Below are positions 43,906 to 53,957 of a DNA stretch of 64,000 nt, one piece after another (the stretch's first letter is position 1; every line of letters starts with the position of its first letter). Under the pieces are notes generated by a model, which saw only the letters and a program-made list of their open reading frames with translations, did no database searches and was not told the origin of the DNA. A program made the position numbers and the translations under genes. The DNA is from an uncultured delta proteobacterium (GTDB lineage Bacteria > Myxococcota_A > Polyangia > Palsa-1104): positions 384,001 to 448,000 of the forward strand of contig CAWAWS010000003.1 of the NCBI GenBank assembly GCA_963785725.1, in the 5' to 3' direction.

Positions 43906-44595
43906 ATGCAATCCCTCGTCATGATCCCCGGGCTCGGCAGCGACCGCGCCGTCTGGCAACCGACCATCGATGCACTCGACGGGAAGCTCGCGTGCGTCGT
44001 GGGCGACACGTCGATCGACGCGACGTTGGCCGCCATGGCGCGGCGCATTCTAATCAGCGCGCCGCCGCGCTTTGCGCTGGCCGGCGTGTCCATGGGCGGA
44101 ATGGTGGCGCTCGAGCTCATGAAGCTGGCGCCCGAGCGAGTCTCACATCTCGCCCTGGTCGACACGAGCGCGCGACCCGATACCGCCTGGAAGAAAGTCT
44201 ATCGGCGCTTGGCCATTCTGGTCGCCGCCATGACGCGGGACTTCAGACGAGCCTCCGCGCGCAGTGTGTCCTCGCTCGTGCATGCGTCGGCGCCGGACGA
44301 CGTGCGCGTCGCGCTGACGGACATGGGCGCGCGCGTCGGCCCCGAGGTCTTCATTCGTCAGAACGGCGCGCTGATAGGGCGTAGCGACCTCCGTCCCGGG
44401 CTGTCGGGCATCGCCGTTCCCACTGCCGTCGTCGTTGGCCGAGACGATCGACTCACACCGGTCGGCGTGTCCGAGGAGCTCCGTGCGTTGATACCGGGCT
44501 CGACGCTCCACGTGATCCCCGATTGCGGCCATCTTCCTCCTATCGAGAGGCCGAAGATCATGGCCAGTCTGCTTGAAGCGCTCGTGTCCGGTTGA
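43906..44595 (+). CDS. Alpha/beta hydrolase
   Basis: IPGL, GVSMGG, GRDDRLTP, CGHLPP. Confidence 0.9.
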   Translation: MQSLVMIPGLGSDRAVWQPTIDALDGKLACVVGDTSIDATLAAMARRILISAPPRFALAGVSMGGMVALELMKLAPERVSHLALVDTSARPDTAWKKVYRRLAILVAAMTRDFRRASARSVSSLVHASAPDDVRVALTDMGARVGPEVFIRQNGALIGRSDLRPGLSGIAVPTAVVVGRDDRLTPVGVSEELRALIPGSTLHVIPDCGHLPPIERPKIMASLLEALVSG

Positions 44596-44629
44596 GCACG
44601 CGACGACGGAAAAGAGGTATCATCGCGCG

Positions 44630-45361
44630 ATGCGGGCGACCATCGTCTGTGGCGCGCTGTTGGTCGCGGGCTGCTTCGCGCCCAATCTCGGCGACGGCGC
44701 GCTCGTGTGCGGCGGCGGCGGCGACTGCCCGCCCGGCTACGTCTGCCGCGCGGACCAGCACTGCTGGCGCACGACGCTCGCCGACGGCAGCGTCGCGCCC
44801 AGCGACGACTTGAGCGCCGCCGACGACCTGAGCGTCACCGGCGATCTCGGCCCCGGACGCGACCTGGCGCTGCCGCCCGATCTCGGGATCGGGCCGACCA
44901 CGTGCACGAGCGCGGCCCGCGTCTGTCAGAACGCCAGCGTCAGCGCCGCGTGCGAGCTCTTCGGCGGCAGCTACACCGAGCAGCCCGATCGCGCCTGCCC
45001 GCCGACTTCGGGCTGCAGCGACGGCTACTGCCAGCCGCCGAGCGGCGCGCTCGCCTGCGCGCGGCCGGCCGACTGCGCGCCGGTCCCCGACACCACCTGC
45101 GATCCGTTCGTCGTCGTGCAAGGCGGCAAGCAGACGATCCTCGGCGCCTGCGTGCCGCCGTTCGGCTCCAGCAACGGCACCTGCGGCGCCACCGGCTTCG
45201 ACAGCACCTGCAGCAGCGGCTTCTGCATCAGCGCCGGCACGAAGACGGTCTGCCTGGTCCTGTGCGCGCAAACGAGCGACTGCCCGACCGGCGAGACCTG
45301 CGCCGCGCGCCTCATCACCGTCGAAGGCTTGACCACGAGCGTCAGCGTCTGCGGCGGTTGA
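44630..45361 (+). CDS. Cys-rich lipoprotein
   Basis: VAGC lipobox, CPPGYVC, DL-repeat linker, many Cys. Confidence 0.82.
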   Translation: MRATIVCGALLVAGCFAPNLGDGALVCGGGGDCPPGYVCRADQHCWRTTLADGSVAPSDDLSAADDLSVTGDLGPGRDLALPPDLGIGPTTCTSAARVCQNASVSAACELFGGSYTEQPDRACPPTSGCSDGYCQPPSGALACARPADCAPVPDTTCDPFVVVQGGKQTILGACVPPFGSSNGTCGATGFDSTCSSGFCISAGTKTVCLVLCAQTSDCPTGETCAARLITVEGLTTSVSVCGG

Positions 45362-45544
45362 TGCAGCGCTGTCTATAAGCGCCCCGTTGTCGCCCAATCT
45401 CTAGAGTTGCCCCTTTGAAAATGACTAGCAACGAGCTGGCCGCCTTCATTGTTGTCGTGACCCGCAATGCGAGCCCGCCGCGAGGCTATTCTGGCGCCCT
45501 TCATTTCTCCATTGGGCACGCCGGTCGGCGTAGAGTCATGGTGA

Positions 45545-46972
45545 GTGAGCTCGCCCGTCGTCTCGCGCGCGTCGATCGGTTTACCTCCTGGGCCAGGCGC
45601 CCGGCGTATCCGCGACGTCGTCGAATGGGTGTGGCGCCCGATCGATTTCCTCGAGCGCAACCGCCGCCTCTATGGCGAGAGCTTCACGGTGTGCGCGCTG
45701 CCCTCGCGACCGCCCATCGTTTGGTTGGGCGAGCCGGATGCCGTCCGCGACGTCTTCGCCGCGGGTGACGACACGGTGCGCGCCGGCGAGGCCAAGGGAT
45801 ACTCGCGTGCGGTGGTGGGACGCCACTCGCTGCTGGTCCTCGATGGCGAGGAGCACCGGCGCCAACGTCGCTTGATGTCGCCTGCTTTCCACGGCGATCG
45901 CGTGCGCGCCCATGCCGAGATCATGCGCGCCGCCGCCGCCCGCGCGGTCGACCGCTGGGCCGAGGGGAGCGAGGTGCGGCTGCTCGACGCCATGCAGGCC
46001 ATCGCCCTCGACGTGATGCTTCGCGCGGTCTTCGGCGTCGAGAACGACGCGACGCACGCACGCCTCTCGGGCCTTCTGCGCGCGCTCATGCATCGCGGCT
46101 CCAGCTCGGTGCTCTTCGGGCTGGCGGCGCTGCTCGGCGGGTCTCGCGTGGCGGCCGCGGCGAGCGCTGCTTCTCGTTCCCTGCGACTCGGACCGCTGCG
46201 AATACTGCCCGATGCCGTGATTCCCGGGCGACACATCGTTCGGCTCCTCTCGGAAGTGGACGCGCTCATCTACGCCGAGCTCGCCGCGCGGCGCGCGGCT
46301 TCACGGCCGGAGCCCGGCCGCGACGTCTTGTCGTTGCTGATGGCGGCGCGCGACGAGAGCGGCTCGGCGCTCGGCGATGTGGAGCTGCGCGACGAGCTCA
46401 TGACCCTCTTGCTCGCGGGCCACGAGACGACGGCGATCACGATGGCCTGGGCGCTCCACCACCTGATGGCCGCGCCCGCGGTGCTCGCTCGCTTGCGCGC
46501 GGAGCTCGCTTCGGTCGCGCGCGACGGGGATTGGGGAAGAGCACTGACAGCGCTGCCGTACCTCGACGCGGTGGTCAACGAGACGATGCGTCTGACGCCG
46601 GTGGTGCCGCTCGTCGGGCGCGTCGTGCAACGCGCGGCCTCGTTCGGGCGCTACCGGATCCCGGCCGGGATGATGGTGGCGCCGTCGATCTGGCTCGTGC
46701 ATCACCGCGACGATCTGTACCCGGAGCCGGGTCGATTCCGGCCCGAGCGCTTCCTCGAGCGGACGCCGGCGCCGCACGAGCTCTTCCCCTTCGGCGGTGG
46801 CCTGCGTCGCTGCGTTGGGGCCGCCTTTGCGACATTGGAGGTCAAGATCGTGCTGGCCGAAGTGGTCTCCCGGGTCGCGCTCTCACCCGCCGGCCCGAGC
46901 GTCAAGCCGGTCCGGCGCGGCATCTCGTTCGCCCCCTCGGGCGGAGTGCGCGTGCGCGTGCAGACGCGATGA
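45545..46972 (+). CDS. Cytochrome P450
   Basis: AGHETT, ETMR, FRPERF, PFGGGLRRCVG. Confidence 0.95.
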   Translation: MSSPVVSRASIGLPPGPGARRIRDVVEWVWRPIDFLERNRRLYGESFTVCALPSRPPIVWLGEPDAVRDVFAAGDDTVRAGEAKGYSRAVVGRHSLLVLDGEEHRRQRRLMSPAFHGDRVRAHAEIMRAAAARAVDRWAEGSEVRLLDAMQAIALDVMLRAVFGVENDATHARLSGLLRALMHRGSSSVLFGLAALLGGSRVAAAASAASRSLRLGPLRILPDAVIPGRHIVRLLSEVDALIYAELAARRAASRPEPGRDVLSLLMAARDESGSALGDVELRDELMTLLLAGHETTAITMAWALHHLMAAPAVLARLRAELASVARDGDWGRALTALPYLDAVVNETMRLTPVVPLVGRVVQRAASFGRYRIPAGMMVAPSIWLVHHRDDLYPEPGRFRPERFLERTPAPHELFPFGGGLRRCVGAAFATLEVKIVLAEVVSRVALSPAGPSVKPVRRGISFAPSGGVRVRVQTR

Positions 46973-47078
46973 GGCGACGGCGTGGACGAATTCGTATGAC
47001 GGCGAGCATGAGCGCCTTCAAGGCGCCGCACCCGGCGTCCGAGTATCGAAGACAGCGCGCGGGAGGTGTTACGTGAGC

Positions 47079-47477
47079 ATGCCAGCTGAGATCGCCGCCG
47101 CTCTAATCAAATATCGAGCCGCGCAAGTGACGATGTGGGCGACGGACACCGCGGCGTTTGCGGAGGCGCATGACGTGCTCGTCTTTGCCGCCGACCTGGG
47201 TGGCCTGGCCGGAGCGCGCGCCGACGGCGAATTGGTCGAGCTTGGCTGGGACGACAAGCACCCAAAACCGATCGTCAGCCGTCGCTGGCGTGATCTCGTG
47301 CTCTTGTCCGGCAGACGGTTTTACCAGGAGCTGGAGCCATTGCTTCCAAAGCGGCGCGCGAGCGACCTCGAGTGCGCCTCATGCCGTGGTACGGGCAAGG
47401 CCCTTGGCGGCGAACTCGAAAACGTAGTTTGCTACTGTGGGGGTCTCGGCTGGATTCCGAGCTATTGGGAGAGATGA
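47079..47477 (+). CDS. Hypothetical protein with C-terminal zinc ribbon
   Basis: CASCRGTG..CYCGGLGW. Confidence 0.7.
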   Translation: MPAEIAAALIKYRAAQVTMWATDTAAFAEAHDVLVFAADLGGLAGARADGELVELGWDDKHPKPIVSRRWRDLVLLSGRRFYQELEPLLPKRRASDLECASCRGTGKALGGELENVVCYCGGLGWIPSYWER

Positions 47478-47545
47478 GCGCGTCGTAGCCAAATTCAACT
47501 CGTCAGGCTGTCCGGTTTCATAGGGGCAACTCCACTCCTTCGTGC

Positions 47546-48598
47546 TCACTGCTTCGCGGAGCTCGCCGCCATAGGATACGGCTCGCCGAAATAGGGGAAA
47601 TCCGGGCGCGTCAGCCGCATATCGGGCGCCACCCCATCGCCGAGCGCCGTGTTCGTGACCAGCGTGAGCATCACGTCCATTGCGTCGTCGCCGAGGCCGC
47701 GGCCGTTGAAGGCGGCAAAGCTGAATGAGGCGGGCGTGTCCAGCTCATACGGCAAGAGCGATGGGCAGAGGCGCGCGAGCAGCTGCGTAGCGTAGGCGGA
47801 CGGGTCGGCCGCCGAGTGGGCGAGCGCGGTGACCTTCTCCACGAAGTCGCGGATTGGCTTGGAGAACAGCGCCACTTCGTCCGCCGGGACCGCGCGGTTG
47901 TAGCTTTCGGAGGCGCCGTGCAGCGAAGGATCGGAGAGCAAGATGTGGCTGATCATCGGCAGACCCCAACGCGATACCTGCACCTCCGGCGCGTGCCCGT
48001 AGAGCGATGCGGTGGCCCAGGCGTGCACCACACCTCGGCCGATCAGGCCGCTCGGGACCTCGAGGACGATGGCGGTGACATTCTTGCCGGCAAAGAAGTT
48101 CTGGCGATCATGGAACGCCTCCGGGGCAAACCGGTTCTCGGACCACAGCGCTCTTCTGAAGGCACCGAAACCGGCGCCATCGGAGGCGAACAGATCGGGC
48201 GCGAGGCCTGCGTACGCCAGGCAGCCGTGATCCGTCTTCACGATGCGTCCCGTATTGCCGGAAATGACGAGCTCGCCCGCGGCACCCTTCAGCGCGTCCG
48301 CTCCGGTGGCGCGCCGGACCGCGAAGGTCTGCACGTGCCGGCGCTCGCCGCCGTCGTCGTGGCCGGGCGCGCCGAACTGGACCTTGAAGGTGACGTCTTC
48401 GCGAAGGTCGCGATTCGTGTCGAATCGAAAGGCATAGAGACCTTCGTCGCGGAAGGTGTCGGGCGCGCCGACGCCGGCGTTCGGATTCACCGTCAAAGCC
48501 ATGACCGTTGTGCCCGGGCGACCGCGAAACAAATAGAAGTCGCAGATGTTGATGCGGGGGTCTTCTTTGGCAGTAGGCGTGTCGAAGTGATGCGACAT
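47546..48598 (-). CDS. DUF4331 family protein
   Basis: MSHHFD..DFYLF..NGRGLGDD..FPYF. Confidence 0.85.
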   Translation of the reverse strand: MSHHFDTPTAKEDPRINICDFYLFRGRPGTTVMALTVNPNAGVGAPDTFRDEGLYAFRFDTNRDLREDVTFKVQFGAPGHDDGGERRHVQTFAVRRATGADALKGAAGELVISGNTGRIVKTDHGCLAYAGLAPDLFASDGAGFGAFRRALWSENRFAPEAFHDRQNFFAGKNVTAIVLEVPSGLIGRGVVHAWATASLYGHAPEVQVSRWGLPMISHILLSDPSLHGASESYNRAVPADEVALFSKPIRDFVEKVTALAHSAADPSAYATQLLARLCPSLLPYELDTPASFSFAAFNGRGLGDDAMDVMLTLVTNTALGDGVAPDMRLTRPDFPYFGEPYPMAASSAKQ

Positions 48599-48693
48599 TG
48601 CCAATCCTCTCCTAAAGGGTTAGCTCCTTAAGAATCGGTCGAATGGAGCGAACGAAGGGCGATGCGCTTTCATCACGAGACGCGCCACACTCG

Positions 48694-49533
48694 TCAGGCG
48701 TCCGCTGGTCCATAGACGACCGGGAGATCGAGCTCCCGGCGTGCGAGCGCCCCGCCCGCTTTGGCGACTATCCGCGCTCGGATCTTCTGCGAGGCGTCGC
48801 CCGTCGCGAGCCGCAAGATCGTGTCGAAGCTCTCTCTGAGCTCGGCCTCCGTCGGTGGCTGGAGGCGCCGGTCGACCAGAGACTTGGCAGTCGCGAGCGC
48901 GGTGGCGTCGAAGCTGGCGATCCGGCGCGCGATGCGATCGACGTAGTGGTCGAGGTCGACATCGGGTAGCGAGCGGTTGATCCAGCCATAGCGCTCGGCC
49001 GTGTCCGCGTCGAAGTCGTCTGCGCCGAGGATGACCTCCAGCGCTCGGGCGCGACCCATGTGACGCGGCAGCCACTCGAGTCCGCCGCCACCCGGCACCT
49101 CGCCGAAGCCGACCTCGACCTGACATAGACGTGTGTTCTCTCGACTGGCGAATCTGAGGTCGCAGGCAATGACGAGCTCGTTGCCGATTCCGCGGGCGCG
49201 TCCTCGCACCTTGGCGATGGTGACGGCGGGCGAAGCGTGCAGCCAGCTGCTGAACCCAGGCCAGTGCTCCTTCAGGTTCCGCAAGCCCGCGCCATCGCCG
49301 GCCATCATGGGCCCGAGGTCGAGGTGTGCGACGAAGAAGTCGGGGTTCGCGCTTGCGAGGACGACCACTTTGACGCCGTGGCTCGGATCCTCGACATACG
49401 CCCGCAGTCCGCGCAGCCCGGAAAACACCCGCGAATCGACCAAATTGAACGGCGGATTGTCGAGCACTGCCTCGAGATAACCGGGAGCTACTTGCGAGAC
49501 CAGGACCACCTGGCTGTCGATGAGCGAGGGCAT
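48694..49533 (-). CDS. Enoyl-CoA hydratase/isomerase family protein
   Basis: DNPPFN, IAKVRGRARGIGNE, ACDLRFAS, EVGFG. Confidence 0.9.
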   Translation of the reverse strand: MPSLIDSQVVLVSQVAPGYLEAVLDNPPFNLVDSRVFSGLRGLRAYVEDPSHGVKVVVLASANPDFFVAHLDLGPMMAGDGAGLRNLKEHWPGFSSWLHASPAVTIAKVRGRARGIGNELVIACDLRFASRENTRLCQVEVGFGEVPGGGGLEWLPRHMGRARALEVILGADDFDADTAERYGWINRSLPDVDLDHYVDRIARRIASFDATALATAKSLVDRRLQPPTEAELRESFDTILRLATGDASQKIRARIVAKAGGALARRELDLPVVYGPADA

Positions 49534-49754
49534 TGAATTTGGCGCTCCTCTCCTAAGCCGTAGGTAAGGCGCGCGCGAGGCAAGTCCACACTCGGCACTA
49601 AGAAAGGACGCGCCCATGCGAACGAATTCTGCACTCGCACCGGCAGGCGGTCAGAGACGCAGTGAGCGAGCGGCATTACAGTGAGCTAGCGAATCTTGGA
49701 GGACGCATGTACTAGAAGCTCAATCGCCATGGCTGACCGATCACAAGAATATTA

Positions 49755-50003
49755 ATGCAAGCACACCCGCTCGAATCGAATGTCGATCGATTCAATCATG
49801 ACGCGAGTCGCCGGACGCATACCTATGACGACGGCGGCTGCACCGACACCTTCAACAGCCTCACCGACAAAGCATGCGAGCTCTACCTATTTCAATTCTC
49901 GCAGCGCTACGGCGGCCAGACGTGCGGCGGCGCGGGCTGCCCGTTGCGGCCGCTGCCGACTCACAATGGCACCAAGGTGATTCAGCTCTGCTTGGTCGAG
50001 TGA
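49755..50003 (+). pseudogene. 5'-truncated paralog of the Cys-rich lipoprotein 52887..53417
   Basis: HTYDDGGCTD..DKACELYLFQ aligns by eye with HTYDPNGCTD..DEWCALYYFQ. Confidence 0.65.
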
Positions 50004-50013
50004 CGCCGGGCAT

Positions 50014-50307
50014 TCACGGCGTGCCCGGCCCCGGCGAACCGCTGGCGCAGAGCGTGACCTCCACGCCGCCGTGCAGCGGCAGCGGCTGCGCCGTGCAATC
50101 AGGTCCCGCGCAAGGAGCGCACTCGTAATCGACCTCGAGACAATACTGCTCGCAGTGCGGATCGAGCGCGCCCGCGATCGATCGCGTCGCAGGTGTGCAT
50201 GAATTGCTCGACACGAGATAGGGCGCCGGCGGCGTCGGCAGCGAGACGAAGTATTCGCCCGGCAACAGCGCGATGGGCTGATTGAAGACGCCGGAGAGGC
50301 CGGGCAC
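50014..50307 (-). pseudogene. Degenerate paralog of the same Cys-rich family
   Basis: LLPGEYFVSL..DPHCEQYCLEV..CAPCAGPDCTAQPLP; the HT motif (EQFMHTCD) lies in another frame. Confidence 0.55.
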
Positions 50308-50544
50308 GCTCGCGTTCTGGGCCGCGTAGGCCCTTCACTCCCGTCGCTGCCGCCGCTCATCCGCTCGGCATACCTCAAGTGACATCCGAATCGGCCGATG
50401 GGATCGGCGGTAGTCACGCCGCAACGCTCGCGACGGCCTGCGACCGCGACGACCACGTCTGCCAGGGCGATACCGCCGCCGACAGATCGCGGGACGCGAA
50501 CGCCCGCACGTCTTCCGTGCCGTCGACAAAAGGTTGGATGGTTC

Positions 50545-52548
50545 ATGAGCGGTAGACGCCTGGCAGGGCTCTTCGTGTCACTCTTCGTCTTCACCGGCTG
50601 CGGCGGTGCCAATCGTGGCGACCGCGGCGCCACACTCGATTCCGGCGCCGGCACGACCGTGCCGCCGGCCGGCGATCTGGCGATGGCGGCCGCCGCCGAT
50701 CTCGCGCCGCCGGCCGACCTCGCCGACGCCGGTCCGACGACGGCGCGGCTGACGGTCACGGTCAGCGGTGGCGGCACCGTCGTGTCGATCCCGGGCGGCA
50801 TCGCCTGTGGCACGACTTGCGCCGCCGACTTCGCCATCGCCACGCGCGTCGTCCTCGTCCCGTCGGCCACGTCGTCGCCGGGCACGTCGTTTCAGGGCTG
50901 GTCGGGCGCGTGTAGCGGAATTGGCTTGTGCACCATCGATCTCGCTGCCGACAGCACGGTGACGGCGACGTTCGTGGCGCCGCCGGTCGTCGGCGTCGCC
51001 ATCACGAGCGGTCCCGATGCGCTGGCACGCTCGCGTGATGCGACCTTCGTGTTCGTCAACGCCACCGGCGCGACGAGCTGCACGCTCGACGGCGCCGCCG
51101 CGCCCTGCACGTCGCCCGCGAGCTACGCCGGCCTCGCCGACGGCAACCACGCGTTCGCGGTCGCCGACGCCGGCACCGGCACGAGCGCGAGCTGGAGCTG
51201 GACGGTCGACGGCACGCCGCCGGCGACCACGTTGACGGCCACGCCGACCACCCCGTCGAACCTCAGCGCGCCCTCGTTCTCGTTCACGGCCAGTGAGCCG
51301 GCGACATTCTATTGTCGTATCGATCAAGCCGCCTATTTCGCCTGCGCGTCGCCGTATCGGACGAGCCCGCTCGCCGACGGAGATCATACGTTCCTCGTGT
51401 TCGCCGTCGACAGCGCGGGCAACGTCGATCCGTCGCCCAAGTCGTATGCGTGGAACATTCACACGACGAAGCCGGTCACGACGATCACCTCGGCGCCGCC
51501 CACGCTCACCTATGCCTCGCAGGTGACGTTCACCTTCGCGACCGTCGACAGCGAGTCGGTGACGTTTGCCTGCACCGTCGACAACTCGCAGCCGCTCGCC
51601 TGCTCGTCGCCGTGGACGGTCGGCAACCTGCCCGAGGGCACGCACACCTTCACGGTCGTCGCCACCGACGTCGCCGGCAACGTCGACGCGACGCCGCCGT
51701 CGGCGACATGGACCTTCCACTACCCGTGGGTGGCGGTCGGCTCGCAAGCGGGGTCGACGCTGGGCTACTGGTCGTGGTCGGCCGGGCTCAGCAGCACACT
51801 CTACCTGGCCAACGGCAACGGGCTCGCGATCACCTTCGACACGAACGCCAACACGTTCGGCTCGTGGGCGCAGAGCGGCATCTGCACCTGCGGCTATGTC
51901 GCGCCGTTCATCGTCGACGCCGGCAACATCTTCGACTTCGCCGGCGTCGGCGAGCAGTACGTGACCGCGAGCGACAGCTGGGGCGGCGTTCCCTATCCGA
52001 ATGCGGACGGTGAATGGGGCTCGGCAGCGCTCAACGGCCTCATCTACTTGGCGGGCGCACGCTACACGCCGACGACGGTGCGCACGTACGATCCCGTGCT
52101 GCAGGTGTGGTCGACGGTGGCGAGCTACCCGTTCAACGTCTACTCCCCGGCGCTGGCGACGTATGGCGGTAAGATCTACGGCTTCGGCGGCGACACGGCG
52201 GGCACGGGCACGGTCGTGACCGTGTACGATCCACTGCTCGACGCGTGGACGACGTCGCCGAACGCGATGCCGTATCCGCTCGCGCAGAGCGCCATCGCGC
52301 AGCAGGCGCAGCCGGTCGGCGATCGCATCTATGTCGAGGTCATCACCGATCCGAGCCTGTTCGCGATCGGGATCGCGGCCTACGACCCGCTCGCCGACGC
52401 CTGGGATCCGATGCCGATCCCGCTGCCCACGCTGGCGCCTTCGACGACCTCGGCGCAGATCGTCGCCGCCAACGGCAAGCTGTTCCTCGTCGGCGACGGC
52501 ACGAGCGCGAGCGGCGTCGCGGCGACCGTCTGGACCTTGAAGCCGTAG
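50545..52548 (+). CDS. Lipoprotein with InlB-like repeat, Ig-like repeats and kelch domain
   Basis: FTGC lipobox; FQGWSGAC; repeated CxSP..LADGxHTFxVxAxDxAGN; kelch YDP..W motifs. Confidence 0.88.
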   Translation: MSGRRLAGLFVSLFVFTGCGGANRGDRGATLDSGAGTTVPPAGDLAMAAAADLAPPADLADAGPTTARLTVTVSGGGTVVSIPGGIACGTTCAADFAIATRVVLVPSATSSPGTSFQGWSGACSGIGLCTIDLAADSTVTATFVAPPVVGVAITSGPDALARSRDATFVFVNATGATSCTLDGAAAPCTSPASYAGLADGNHAFAVADAGTGTSASWSWTVDGTPPATTLTATPTTPSNLSAPSFSFTASEPATFYCRIDQAAYFACASPYRTSPLADGDHTFLVFAVDSAGNVDPSPKSYAWNIHTTKPVTTITSAPPTLTYASQVTFTFATVDSESVTFACTVDNSQPLACSSPWTVGNLPEGTHTFTVVATDVAGNVDATPPSATWTFHYPWVAVGSQAGSTLGYWSWSAGLSSTLYLANGNGLAITFDTNANTFGSWAQSGICTCGYVAPFIVDAGNIFDFAGVGEQYVTASDSWGGVPYPNADGEWGSAALNGLIYLAGARYTPTTVRTYDPVLQVWSTVASYPFNVYSPALATYGGKIYGFGGDTAGTGTVVTVYDPLLDAWTTSPNAMPYPLAQSAIAQQAQPVGDRIYVEVITDPSLFAIGIAAYDPLADAWDPMPIPLPTLAPSTTSAQIVAANGKLFLVGDGTSASGVAATVWTLKP

Positions 52549-52659
52549 CGGTCGCGCCCGCAGACGTAACAGCGCGCGGCCGAACGCGCTCTTCGCGCAT
52601 CACGCCTCGTCCGCTCCCCGCCATCACGACACGCCTGAGTCGTCCCGTTCGTTGCCGAG

Positions 52660-52741
52660 TGAAGTGGACCCCCAAAGTGGACCACTCGCTAAGAGAGTTT
52701 CTGCTCCAAACTGAAGGAGCAGTACATGAAGAGGACTCGGC
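52660..52741 (+). mobile_element. IS3-family left-end remnant
   Basis: TGAAGTGGACCCCCAAAGTGGACCA terminus, RBS aaggag inside a ctgctcc/ggagcag hairpin, and an orfA-like start MKRTRR that is truncated. Confidence 0.6.
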
Positions 52742-52779
52742 GTATCCGTTCGACAAGACGCGTCTTGTCGAACGGATAC
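52742..52779. repeat. Perfect 38-bp palindrome
   Basis: GTATCCGTTCGACAAGACG-CGTCTTGTCGAACGGATAC is its own reverse complement. Confidence 0.95.
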
Positions 52780-52886
52780 AACTAAGCGATAGGGAACTCG
52801 TAGACGTTGCCGTCCTGGCCAAGGGCAGCGTTCCAGTGTGACTTGGCCCATGCCTGAGTCGCGGCGCCTTGTGATACAGGAAGAGA

Positions 52887-53417
52887 ATGCTCAATCTGCG
52901 CGCATCTGTGGTCACTGCGGGAATGGCGGCTGCCTTGCTTCTGAACGGGTGCACCGCCGGCCAAATCGTCGATTCCAACTTTAATGCCTATTCCGTCGGC
53001 GACGGCGGCGTCACGTTCGCGGCCGTCGATTCGACCGGACATCTGACGGGCACCTCCTACGAGTTTGCGCTGGCCACAAACGGCAGCGTAGTCTCCTTCG
53101 ATCCGGATGCGCCGGCGTCTGCCGCTAACGTCAAGGTGACCATTCCCGCGGGCAACTACGTCGTCACGTTGTTCAGCGATACCGATCCGAGCTTTCGGGC
53201 GGGTTCGGCATCGTCGCCCATCTTCGAGCACACCTACGACCCGAATGGGTGCACCGACTTCTACACCCAGCAACACGACGAATGGTGTGCACTCTATTAT
53301 TTCCAGATCAGCAATAACTGCCCAACCTGCTGCGATCGAGGCGGAACCTGCGCGCTCACGCCGCTGCAGACCGGAGGGCCGAACGGCTACAAGATCGTCC
53401 CGCTGAAACACCCCTGA
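52887..53417 (+). CDS. Small Cys-rich lipoprotein of unknown family
   Basis: LNGC lipobox; C-terminal Cys cluster. Confidence 0.82.
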   Translation: MLNLRASVVTAGMAAALLLNGCTAGQIVDSNFNAYSVGDGGVTFAAVDSTGHLTGTSYEFALATNGSVVSFDPDAPASAANVKVTIPAGNYVVTLFSDTDPSFRAGSASSPIFEHTYDPNGCTDFYTQQHDEWCALYYFQISNNCPTCCDRGGTCALTPLQTGGPNGYKIVPLKHP

Positions 53418-53602
53418 TCCTTCCTTGTCTGCAGCACTTGGTCGACACGCGTGCGAGCAGCGATCGCGCCTTCTTTAGGTCGTCGCCTTTTCTCCAAGCC
53501 ACAGCCTGCGCCTACGCAGGTCGGCCAAGTCTCCGTTGAATTGTCTTCGTTCATCGGCGAGCAGCGACCGGGAAGCTAGGCAGCGATCCAGGCTGTTGGA
53601 GA

Positions 53603-53815
53603 GTGGCACGACGGAAGACGTCGTCGCAGAGCCGGCGTTGGACATCGGGCTGACCGAGCGTTCGTCGCCACAAGGCGGGAGCCAGCTCGAGACGAGACGT
53701 CGCTACGTCATTGGAAGTGGCGCCTGGCCAAGGAAGACAGGGCGGCGAAGAGCACCGCTGCCGCTTCGTCCCCGGTGCCGCCGTCGCTTCCGTTCGTCGA
53801 GGTGACGCCGACCGG
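53603..53815 (+). mobile_element. IS66 tnpA accessory-gene remnant
   Basis: Frameshifted TSGLT..LRHWKWRLAKE..SLPFVEVTP. Confidence 0.65.
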
Positions 53816-53841
53816 GGCGGGGGATCGCGAAGACCCATCGC

Positions 53842-53957
53842 ATGCGCAAGCGCGCACCGATGGCACCGGCTTCGGCCGACGCTGCGCCGACTCCCGCGCC
53901 CGCTGTCCCTTCACCCGCTCGCGCCAAAGAAGGCCGCAAAGGGTAAGATCGGCAACC
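53842..53957. repeat. Direct repeat copy 1 (probable IS66 right-end fragment, minus strand)
   Basis: Matches 56872..56988 with 3 substitutions and 1 indel. Confidence 0.9.

Noticed and set aside
44630..46972. RiPP cluster (Cys-rich protein + P450)
   Set aside because: The Cys-rich gene is a 243-aa lipoprotein; no precursor peptide, transporter or operon linkage.
52742..52779. Protelomerase target or integron attC site
   Set aside because: No protelomerase or integrase in the window, no extrahelical bases and no cassette array.
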